DNA of 64,000 nt, from NCBI GenBank assembly GCA_000320545.1, contig ADNK01001814.1, positions 1 through 64,000 on the forward strand, given 5' to 3'. The notes beneath the pieces were generated by a model that was not told the origin of the DNA, did not search any database, and saw only the letters and a program-made list of their open reading frames with translations. Source of the stretch: Bigelowiella natans CCMP2755. Its lineage: Eukaryota; Protista; Cercozoa. Positions 27,050 to 37,320 of the stretch are shown here, in pieces. A program made the position numbers and the translations under genes. Each line of letters starts with the position of its first letter. The first letter of the stretch is position 1.

Positions 27050-28470
27050 CTAGGATACGGCTCGTTCAATGCGGCGAAAAGTGGGGACGACGTGACCAAA
27101 CACGCTGCCAGCCTCTTGTGATCACACAATCACAGTTTGACATCTCTAGATCTTGTTGCCCGTGTGATGTTGTTGATCCTTTTCCACCATGTGTGTACGC
27201 GATGGTGTCTGATGCATCAACATTTACGTGTTTCTGGGCATCTAGTTTGACATCTAGCTGACAGCATCGCAGCTGTGTGCACCACAAACACGTCGTGCAA
27301 TGCAGCGCTAGCAACGCAATGCCATGTGGCACGCCCGTGTACATCGCTAGATCACATCAGTCGTTTGTGCACGTGCTTGCGTGCTGGCATTTGCACCTTG
27401 TCGTGTGCTGCGATGCTGCGACGCGGACGACGCAACAGGCGATACACGTGCACAACGAAAACGAGGTGCTCATTGGAATGCAAGTGGCTGCGATCAAATA
27501 ATGAATGGCAATTTTGTCACCACATCAAATGTTCAAATGTTGTCAGTCATCAGTCGTGATTGATTTGATTGACTCACAGCCCTTCTCAGTGAAGCTCTGT
27601 GAACACGTCCGCTGGCCTGCTAGCTCTTATAGGGACACATGTGTCCATGTGCGTACGTGACTCTTGCCAGCTTACGCCCAGCCCTCCCACGGGCCTGGTC
27701 TTGACACGGAATTTTCCTGGCGCGACACGCGGCGTTTTGGGGAAGTGACAACTCCTCACCTTGCTAGCTTGTCGCAGGTGCCTTGCGCGTGATCACCGTT
27801 TGAAACAGAATCCAGTGCGGGAAACGTACAAGGATGACTTTTGTTTTCCTTGTCCAAAGACGATGAGACTGTGGATTGATCATTGTCCTTGTCCTGACTG
27901 AAGACCCTGAGCCCTGATGCACTTGTTGATCTCAGGAGTCACTTCAGTGCGACCCATCTCGGTTCCCTCGGGCTTGTTCAAGAAGTTTGCAAGCTCAGCA
28001 CCAACAAGAGTGGGCTTGACAAAACCACTTGGCTGGCGGTTTCCTGCCTCACGCTTCTTCTTGGCGGTGGCCTTCTGTGCAAGCTTGAGCTCACGGGTCC
28101 GTCGCTTTTCAAGAGCACGGAACTTGGACTTGAGCGAAGAAAACTGATAATAGTATATTATATATGTAGTGTATTGCATGTCTATCATACTGGGCACTTG
28201 CCTGCTGAAGCTTGGCAAGAAATTCGGTGAATTGGGGTTGACGAGCAACATCCTCCACCTTGCGTGACAAAGACAACCTTCAACAACCTTCACTTGGCAA
28301 CCAAGTCACCGGTGCTGGGGCGACACGTCTGTCCATCCCACCGGTGAATGGGAATGTGGTGAAGGGATGGGAGGAAAAGCCACCCTCGCAACCCAAAACT
28401 CCCCGCCCAACAGAAGCATTCGTTGCTAATGCAAATTGCGCAAAAACGGTAACGAAATTTCGGTGAATCG
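27050..28470. other. TpA-eroded island containing a viral gene remnant
   Basis: Strong TA scarcity, TG/CA excess and surviving CTAG. Interrupted by a short TA-rich insert at 28147-28188. Confidence 0.8.
27880..28260 (-). pseudogene. Giant-virus-type SWIB/MDM2-domain gene remnant
   Basis: QFTEFLAKLQQASAQ-[insert]-FSSLKSKFRALEKRRTRELKLAQKATAKKKREAGNRQPSGFVKPTLVGAELANFLNKPEGTEMGRTEVTPEINKCIRAQGLQ-[TCAG duplication]-DKDN matches the coiled-coil+SWIB protein I recall from algal mimivirus relatives. Intronless, frameshifted and truncated. Confidence 0.8.
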
Positions 28471-29161
28471 GTCAAAAGTGCTGTGTACTTCTAATTAATT
28501 TTTCTCGAAATAGGTAAAAATAGTATGAAAATGACTGGTCACATCATGTCGAAGTAGTGGACATAAGGAAGGGATTTGGTTTCGGAATTTGGTGCGTGCT
28601 AAATTCCTACAAGACCCCTTAAAATTTCCTGGTAAAATTTGGCCTACTTTAGCATCTCATCCGAAATATTATTTTAAAAAACTGGTTTAAGTCGGCAGTA
28701 AAATTGATTTTGCCTAAAAAAATGTCAAATTCCTGATTTCCAAATTAATTTTTTGGAAACCAGAAAAGGAAATTTTCACCTCCAAAGGTAGGAATTTGAC
28801 ACGGAATTCCGAAAGCAGACAGCAAGGCCGGCCAAAAAAGTGCGACACTATCCGACATCCGTCGAAAACCTGTCGATCATCGTGACCATTTTGACACCGA
28901 CCATTTTTGCAAAATTGGCTTTTGGGGGCGCAATTTTGGTAACGCAAAACATTGATTTGGAAAGGCTCTTTTTTTACCGTAATTTGAAATCAGTCAAGTC
29001 GCATCCCTACACTACGCGAGCGCTTCGTTAAGAACTACTTCTTAAATGATGTTGCACCGCTTCGAAGTCGCGACAGGACTCCCTCGAGCGTGCAAATAGC
29101 AATCAAACACCTCGCACAACGTGGCGGCCCCCAACAAATCGTTGTCATCTTTTATCTTTCG

Positions 29162-30548
29162 ATGCCACACGTCAAAGCAGCAATTGTTTCCGGGGGGGTG
29201 ATGGGAGACCCTGAGTGCAAGGCGTTTCTACAATTGTCCGAGGCAGACAAGTATTACAACAAAATCTCATCATTGAAGGCCGTCATCTACTTCGCACATG
29301 ACCGAGACAAAGATGAATGGGTCATCAAGAAGAAGTATGGACTCCCACGTAAGATCCGAATTCTGAATAAATTTTTCGAACGCGAGAAAGTTAAGTACGA
29401 CGTGCTCCGAGATGACGATGCTGAACTAGTGGACTCAAAAACCCAATGCTACTCACTACCGCTTCGCCCCGGAGATCAGATTTACAGACACAAAGCTTTT
29501 GGCACGAAATTGTTGCAACACCACGCAATCTATGTTGGAAAATACTGTTTGAACGACGGAAAACTTAACTATTTACAGCAAAATTCAAAGATGGTAGCCC
29601 AAGTAACTGGGTGGAGCAATGCCAAGAAAGGGGTAAAGGTGATCATCGAAACAGAGACCTTGGAGAGTTTTCTGAACGGATCTGACAGTTTCTATGTGCG
29701 TCGATACGAGAAAAGAACAAGGAGGAGGAATAGGAAAGAGACGGTCTTGGCGGCACTCTCGGAAGTTGGCAATTCATTTTGCTACACCGGAGTACGAAAC
29801 TGCGAATCGTTTGCGTTTTGGTGCATTATGGCGACTGAAAAAAGTTTCCAAGTGGAAAGCATGATGAAATTCCTCGGGAAAATCTCCCTGGAAACAGTGG
29901 AATCCAGGCTGTCTGACTCTGACAAGCTTCGGGTTGTGACAAACCTTGCAAAGGCTTCTTGTGTGACTGGTAAAGGGGGAAAGGCCATCTATGGAGGCGC
30001 GAAAATTATGAAAGGTTTGCGCACTAACTCCAAATCAATCCTAATATATTCTTCAACCTAATGATCGTATTTCTAATTCAGCATTGAAGGCAATAGGTGG
30101 CGGTGTGGGGGTCATGAAGGGCCTCGCCAACATTGCGAACATTGGTGGCCTAGCTGGATGCTTGGTTGCGGACCAGATTCTTGGAGACGGTGATCTGAAA
30201 CAGCAAGTCGCTGTTGAAGTTGGATCATTAGCGGGAACTCTAGCTGGAGGGCTAGCAACTTCTTCACTTGTACTTGGGGCTGCAGCAGAAGGGACAGTCG
30301 GAGCTGCTGCCATTACCAGTGGGCTGGCTAGTTTGGGCGGAAGCCTTGTCGGAGGAGTGCTTGTGTGCAGTGGCGTTGGGGCTGCTCTTGCAATTGGTGG
30401 GGCTGCGGTTGCAGTTGGGATAAAAGACGTGATGTTTGAAAACTGTGAAGATGTGTTTTATGAAGATTGTGATCTCATTGTTACTGTTCGCGAGAAAAAC
30501 GCCAATCGGCGTTCAACAGCGAAGGGATTCTACTTGTTGGCCATGTGA
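29162..30548 (+). CDS. LRAT-domain (permuted NlpC/P60, H-box/NC) protein with a C-terminal glycine-zipper hydrophobic region
   Basis: LRPGDQIY...HHAIYVG...NCESFAFWC...SFQV. The intron 30015-30081 (GT-AG, phase 1) joins to GAAAITSGLASLGGSLVGGVLV. Start could be 29162 or 29200. Confidence 0.85.
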
Positions 30549-30722
30549 AAAAGAATCACTTTTGCAGAAGATCATTGCAGTGCATTCATTGCAGGTCACA
30601 TGCATTGGAGTGCATCAATGCAGTGGACAAGGTGTCACCTAGCTAGCTAGTCACTGAAGACTCATCTGGGATCTGTGATGGACAAAAGAATCGAATTTGA
30701 TTTTGGTGTTTTTGAATTTTGA

Positions 30723-30826
30723 TCATGGACATGTAATACCATATATATACTATATATGACATTACTGTGTCTATTGTGGACATACAATGCCATATATATA
30801 CTATATATGATATTACTGTGTCTATT
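30723..30826. repeat. TA-rich insert of two 51-bp tandem units flanked by an ATTTTGA duplication
   Basis: Units at 30726-30776 and 30777-30827; ATTTTGA at 30716-30722 and 30827-30833. The insert is absent from the paralogous site at about 31614-31627. Confidence 0.85.
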
Positions 30827-31032
30827 ATTTTGAAAGTGTGTCTAAATTCGACCCCGTGACATCACATGCTCAATGACATGCATTCTGTTGTGTTGTGTCT
30901 GTGGATGCATATGCACGAGCTGGAGCTTGGAGACTTGGTGCATGCAGCTACACGTGCACGCTAGCACGTGCCTCCATGTGTGTGCTGTGCATGTGCAAAA
31001 ACATCAATTGTTTCGCTGTCATCAGCTAGCCA

Positions 31033-31468
31033 GGGTTGCTTTCATTGCGAGTGGGCTGGCTAGTTTGGGTGGAAGCCTTGCCGGAGGAGTGCTTGTGCAC
31101 AGTGGCGTTGGGGTTGCTCTTGCATGCAATTGGTGGGACTGCGGTCGCACTTGGGAGAAAAGACATGATGTTTGAAATGATCATTGAAAACTGTGAAGAT
31201 GTGTTTTGCAAAGATTGTGATCTCATTGTTGCTGTTCGCGAGAAAAACGACAATCAACGTTCAACAGCGAAGGGATTCTGTTCATTGGCCGCACAAAAAA
31301 AGAATCACTTTTTCAGAAGATTGTTGCAGTGCGTTCATTGCAGGTCACGTGTGGACACACATTGGAGCACATGGATGCAGAGGACAAGGTGTCACCCAGT
31401 CACTGCTAGCACTGATGAAGACTCGCCCGCCAGATTCGGAACCCATGCTCGTGATGAACACAGGAGCA

Positions 31469-31507
<39 letters not shown>

Positions 31508-31810
31508 CAAACGTGCACACATGCACACATGCACACAGTGCACACACATGGAATTCCCTGTCTGCAAAACCTGGGATCCATGATGGACAAAAGAATCGAA
31601 TTTGGTTTTTTGAATTTTGAAAGTGTGTTCAAACATGATGGACATGCATCTGTTATGAATTCGATGCCGCAACATCACATGCACTGATGCACACAATGAC
31701 ATGCATTCTAGCATTCTCTGGTTCCGTTGTGTTGTGTTCACAGTTGCACGTGCGTGCAGCAGCTGGAGCTCAGAGACTTGGTGCACGCAGCAAGAGCACA
31801 CGTGCGTGTC
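31033..31810 (+). pseudogene. Degraded tandem copy of the LRAT gene 3' end and downstream region (copy of about 30301-30960)
   Basis: Colinear similarity (SGLASLGGSLAGGVLV; ENCEDVF..DCDLIV.VREKN) with frameshifts and TA/TG/CA substitutions. Confidence 0.9.
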
Positions 31811-33555
31811 ACAACTTTGGCAAACGCGCGCGCATTTTCACAAAAAGTGAGTTTGCTCAGCAACCAGATGTGTCGGATGGAGCTGGGGCTGGGCGCAATC
31901 GAAACACGCAGTTGCGCTCTTCAAAGTGAACCAATCACGTGCGTTTTTTCTGACTGCGTTGGGGTCGCACAACTTTTCGATGAAAATTCACACCGCTAGA
32001 CCGTCTAGACCGTGATCGCTCGCTGGCTCGTTTCTCCTCCACACACGTTCGCTCATTGCAGCATTGCAGCACGAGCGCTTGTGTGCTCGCGCTGCTGAGT
32101 GAAATCGTTTCGAATCATGCAAGTGACACGTGGGAGCATCAAAAATGCAATGTCTAGATGTGCATCCACAAACCATCAATGCATGTGCATGTGTGCATGC
32201 CAATCACAGCTAGCGATGTGCACTGGCGTGCACAAGCTCTGACAAATCGCGCGCGCACTTTTTGGTCGCGCCAGCTAGCGCAGCGAATTTTTGTCCAATT
32301 TTGGATTTTTTTGCAAATTGAAAGCCGTCTTGAACACAGCTCCACGAGGGAGCCAGCCATTTTCATCAGAGTGCACTGCATGGAAAGTGCTCAACTTTGA
32401 AGTGAAACGACACAAGTTGTCATTTTGGCGCAATCCAGCAATTGTGCACCAAAAACAGTTGTTTCTGCTAGTCTGGGCGTTTTGATTTTTTTTTTGAAAC
32501 TTGAGAGAACTTTCTGATGTGTTCTGATGAAAGTGCTAGAGTGGTTGAAACTGTCCTTGAAGCTCAGATCATGACGGTTCGGAATCTGCACAAAAATCCG
32601 AAATTGGACAAAACTTCGCTGTGCTAGACCAAAGAGTGTGCGTCGATTTGGTCGATCAGCGCACCTTTTGCACTTTTTGAGTTGCGGCAGAGTCCGGCAT
32701 CTCCACAATTCCGTCAAACCTGAAACGAGGGGCATGGTCTCTCAATCTCTCAATTGAGAGCAATTTTTGCGCACGTGCCAGGGTGTGCTGAAATTCCACA
32801 ATGATGCAAAGCCAAAAGCTGGTGTGCGCACACCCTTGTGCAAGCTTGCAAAACTTGTGGCACAGCAAGTGCAATTGCACCAGCTGTTTCAGAAGTGGCA
32901 AGCACTTTTGCAATTGTTTGCGCCCGCTGGTGGGCGTTGAAAAGTGAGGTATAGTGATTTGTGTAGCAGTGCGCACGCACATGCAGCGCATCAAGTGGGA
33001 CAAACATTTGATGATTTTTTGGCTACGTATCGTACGCTAGTACGTGCGTGCATGCTAGCATGCACACATGCAACAATGCACTTACCAAGTGGAGTTCGTC
33101 ACATTTAATCATCCGTAGACCACAAGCAAGTGCCATTGCATTCACTCGGATTACAATTGACAACATTTTGCACATGCTTCATTAGGCGCGCATCACAGCT
33201 ACACACATGTGTCGCGTTGCCAATGTGCACAAGGCACAAGCTATGCTAGCAGCAATAATACTGCCAATCCAACATCTAGACATCATAACAAAGCTTGTTT
33301 GGACCACAATGAAAGCGCTGTGTAATTAATTAATTGATCTCACTACTGCACAATACAATCTAATTCTTGCTGCCATTGATGATGGCTGGTACCATGCATT
33401 TTCAAGAATTTGCACTATGAGTCCTATAAAAACGCCTGGATAGGACAAATCTATGATATTTTTTGCGGGACGTATCATTCAATCTTTTCCGACTCAATGA
33501 TAGATAAGAACACTGGAACTTTAACCTTAAATAGAATACAGTAAACATGTTCGAA

Positions 33556-34078
33556 TTATTTTGTATTTATACAAATGCTAATAGCTAATGCTATACCTTC
33601 CTCCATCGCATTTTCTGAGTTCGCCGCAATAGATGATGATGCAGATCCAAAGAGAGATGTGAATCTTCCTTGGGTTAGTGTCACCATGCGATTGAAATGC
33701 TTCAAGTCTGAGAAAGTAAATAAGATAAATCATAAGTTAGGAGTGTGAATGTCTTCACATTGAACATATGCATGATCCTTTCTAAACTAGAAAAACGATA
33801 TTACTGAAGTTTTCGCCGAAGGGGACGGATTTTGATTCTTCGATTGAAGGTTGGGAGTCAGCGTTGTTTCTTATGGTTCCAAATACTTCCACGAATCGTG
33901 TGTTGTAGTTGTTAACATTGGGCTTCAGTACTTTTATCTGGGCGGACGACGACTCAATAATCGCCTCTTCCTCGTCAAAGGATACCACCTTGCCAACCAA
34001 GCGAACATCCTTACCAGCCTCTAACTCTTTGACCTTCTCGAAAGGAGTCCACATCATTAATTTGCTACTGCTCGCCAT
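33556..34078 (-). CDS. RPA3: Replication protein A 14-kDa subunit
   Basis: GKDVRLVGKV...TRFVEVFG...FGENF|NLKHFNRMV OB-fold signature with one GT-AG intron (about 33708-33804). The exact 3' end may involve another intron. Confidence 0.85.
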
Positions 34079-34206
34079 TTTCTTGAGTTGTGGAAGGAGC
34101 GCGGAATTTTGTTCGGCAAAGTAAATGAAACAGAGGAGAGTTTTACCCTAAGACATCCTTAGAGGATAAAACTTTTAAAAAAATCGGGGTTCTTTAGAGG
34201 AATGCC

Positions 34207-34218
34207 TTGGCGCCAAAA
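34207..34218. promoter_or_regulatory. Putative E2F-binding site upstream of RPA3
   Basis: TTGGCGCCAAAA reads TTTGGCGC on the minus strand (consensus TTTSSCGC), about 130 bp upstream of the RPA3 ATG. Confidence 0.5.
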
Positions 34219-34880
34219 AAAATCCGAAATATTCTTGCAAGAGTTAGGAGAAGACATGCATATCATTTACCTTCTTGCGGCAATCCTTTTTTGCAGAAGT
34301 TAGCAGAAGATATGCACATCGTTTATTTCCTTCCGACAACCTTTTTGCAGGAGATAGGCGAAGATGTGCACTAGATCTACTATGCTGAGACAGGGGAGGC
34401 ATCAGGTCGCAGGAGCTTATCTGAATTGAATGAAAATGTTAAAATAGCTTTTGTCGTCTCGTATAATTCGCGGTCATCCATCCCCAGTTGGGAAGTGTAT
34501 TTTGACATCGGATAAACAAATAGTATTTTTTCTATGCGACATCAAAACTAAGGTCTTTTTGCAAAAATTGGCTTAATTGGTTTGGCACTGGCAACACGAG
34601 CTTATCCCCAAACAGATTCGTCCCCCCCTTCGGGACTTCCATTTGCCTGGTTGAATGATACAGGGAAAGGATGAGGGAGATGGGTTTTAGTTTTGTTATC
34701 ATTTTACAGCGGGCTGTAGCAAAATCATTTTGCGCATTTGCAATTTCGTTCGACTGAAACGTACAGTACAAAGAGTATGAACGAGTAATGATTGATTATT
34801 GAGCTGGGTAAAATTGCACCCTCCTCCTTCCCAGCTTAAATTGTCTTTGGCAAACGCAGATATTCTTTGTGATTTACCAG

Positions 34881-36368
34881 GATATTCCCGTGCATATTCT
34901 CGCACTGAACGGTAACTCTGAGCAGCCTGTGATCTTGATGCTTATTTTAGGTTGGGCTGTTCCCACCAAAACCCCATTCTTGCGTAAACCTGCAATTTCT
35001 TGGATTGGGAGGCAGGTATAAAGATGGGCGCAGCTCTGGAAATCTACAATGATTGTGGCGTGAAGGTTGGATATCACATGAATATACTACACGCTTGGAA
35101 TAATAAGAAACGGGGCATGGATTTTTAGCGCGTGTGCTGCCATAACAAACGAAGCCCCCGACTACTCAACATTTGAAACTGTTCTTGCAAGTGCACTATA
35201 CCCAATAATTCATCATAATTTACCCACAGGTCGACGTGGAGGTCATAAATCCTATGCGCGTAAACCAAGCACAGAGGAAAACCTTAGCCCCCGAGGATGT
35301 TTGGACGCTGAAGCGCCGAAAGACTGACACCAAGTTTCTCCTATTGGTTAAGAAGGTAGTCGAAGTTGCTCTGCATCCATCAGTGTCACACTTATTCATC
35401 GTAGCGTTCCATCTGGCTAGCATGAACTTCCTCGTCTAAAATCAAGCACGTACACACACCCCCAACCAAAATGCGCCTTCTCATACCGCTTTTATTCAGG
35501 ACCGTGGAAAAGACAAGGGCGGGACGGATAAGTCAGGCGGAGCAGGCATGGGGGAACAAAATTGGCGGAAGCTCATTACAGAGTCCGTGCAAATTGTGCG
35601 CTCAACGGTTTTTGTAGCTAAATCTGCACTTCGTAATTTGTATTCAGGTATAAGCAAAATGTCGAGATCGAGCAGGGAATGGGTCTGTGTACACACTTTC
35701 CATGCGCATTGATTTCGTGTGTTGAATGCAATGCACAATTCCGCTTTATGGTTGTTCTCAACCAATCTGTCCTGAGGCATTTTTTGTGTTTTCTTCATCT
35801 TGTTGTTTGTCAATGTTGGGGTTCTATTGCACGTTTGTACTTCTATTGCACGTTTGTCCTCTTATCTTGTAAACGCCACCTTGCCGCCCGCCCACCCCTT
35901 ACATAAATAAACCAGACAACAATAAGGGTTAATTACTCTTCGCTAACCTATGAACTTCACCTCTCAATTTCCTCAAAATTTATCCCTCTCACGGAGCCCA
36001 ATGTGTTTTGCACTTGAATTGCCTTCACCCCCTCCCACCTAGGCAACAAGGTTCGATATTCTATATCTACGGTGATTCGGCAAACGGAGCGCAGGAAACG
36101 ATCTGCCCTGATCAGGTCATCTACCTCTCTAACCATATCATGAGCTGTTGTTGAGCTTTGCTCGCACACTTTCAGGCAGGAGATATTGTCCGTGAAAGCT
36201 CCTCTCACCAAGCTGTGCAGCAGGTCCTTCATTATTGCATCCGCGATCACAGTCACTAGAGCTGCTCTCTGGCATTGATTCTTCTGCCACACGCACATGC
36301 AACAAACAAACATTTCTGCCTTCCAAATTCAGCCCTGGGCCAGAAAAAGCGAGTTCCGCAAAATGCTA

Positions 36369-36437
<69 letters not shown>

Positions 36438-37285
36438 TTATATTTATTTATATTTCAACATTGTTCATCTGTCTAATTGTCAATCGCAGCATCGGGAGAA
36501 GGTGGTTGAATTGCTCTGGCGCTGTGCGGAAAAGGCTATTATGCGAAGAGGTTGCCTTCATTTTCTTCTAGCAATCTAACAGCAAGCTGTGAAGAAGGGG
36601 GGGGGGGAAACACAACGGGAGAAAGGCATGCAATCCGAACGATCAGTCGTGCCAAATGCCTTTACGTTTTTGGAAGCACAACAATCGCGGTGTTTCTTCC
36701 GGCGCCGCGTATACATTTTTGCTAGCCTCGGATTTGGTAGCGATTTGATGGCTAACCAGTACTGTATCTCGTAAATCAGGAGGGGATTTGCTACCGGGAT
36801 TACGTCAACGAGGACCGCAAGCACATCACAGTCAGGGCTCCATGATCGTCATATAAATAACAATTCTCGTTTTCTAGATTGCTGGCGCCAGTTGTAGATT
36901 GTCGTTGCGTTGGTCGATCTTATACGGCGTGTGCGTGTTCATGCTCGGTACATTCCGCTGCGAATTCAGGCTTAAGCGATGTTTTCATAACAATTTTGCA
37001 GAAAGTGTGCGATCAAATCGCCCTTGATCTTAGGAGGACGACACCGCAGTCATTCCGTATGAAAAGAGCTCTAATCCCCCCCCCTCCCCTCTCTTCCATA
37101 CCCCCTCCTCCCACCCGGCATTTGTTTAAGATCTACTCGGCTTTGTCGTCGTCGTCGGTGTTGTTGTTGTTGTTGTTGACCACCAGGTATCCGTAACAAG
37201 AGGAGTAGAGAGGCGGAAGATGAGAAGGACGTGGAGAAGAGAGTGTGGTTCGAGAACATGGAACATGCTTACGGAGGGAGGGAAG

Positions 37286-37320
<35 letters not shown>

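Larger units (their letters stand above)
30545..33300. other. TpA-eroded island (core 30951-32949)
   Basis: 14 TA in the about 2000-bp core, 13 of them in CTAG. CpG remains common. Confidence 0.95.

Noticed and set aside
28143-28189. Newly gained spliceosomal intron in the viral SWIB gene
   Set aside because: GT-AG removal takes 47 nt and shifts the frame; a 46-nt insertion with a target duplication fits better.
30951-32949. CpG-methylation decay or fungal-type RIP as the cause of TG/CA excess
   Set aside because: CpG is abundant and TA is absent; both processes would remove CG or add TA.
31184-33007. Many 60-190 aa His/Cys-rich ORFs as real genes
   Set aside because: They result from loss of TAA/TAG stops and Tyr codons in eroded DNA.
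34600-35813. Minus-strand LINE APE-endonuclease-like words (LCIAFNTR, DLDILLIPEYKL)
   Set aside because: The plus strand has consistent in-frame AG/GT exons across the same interval and no RT follows; likely coincidence.
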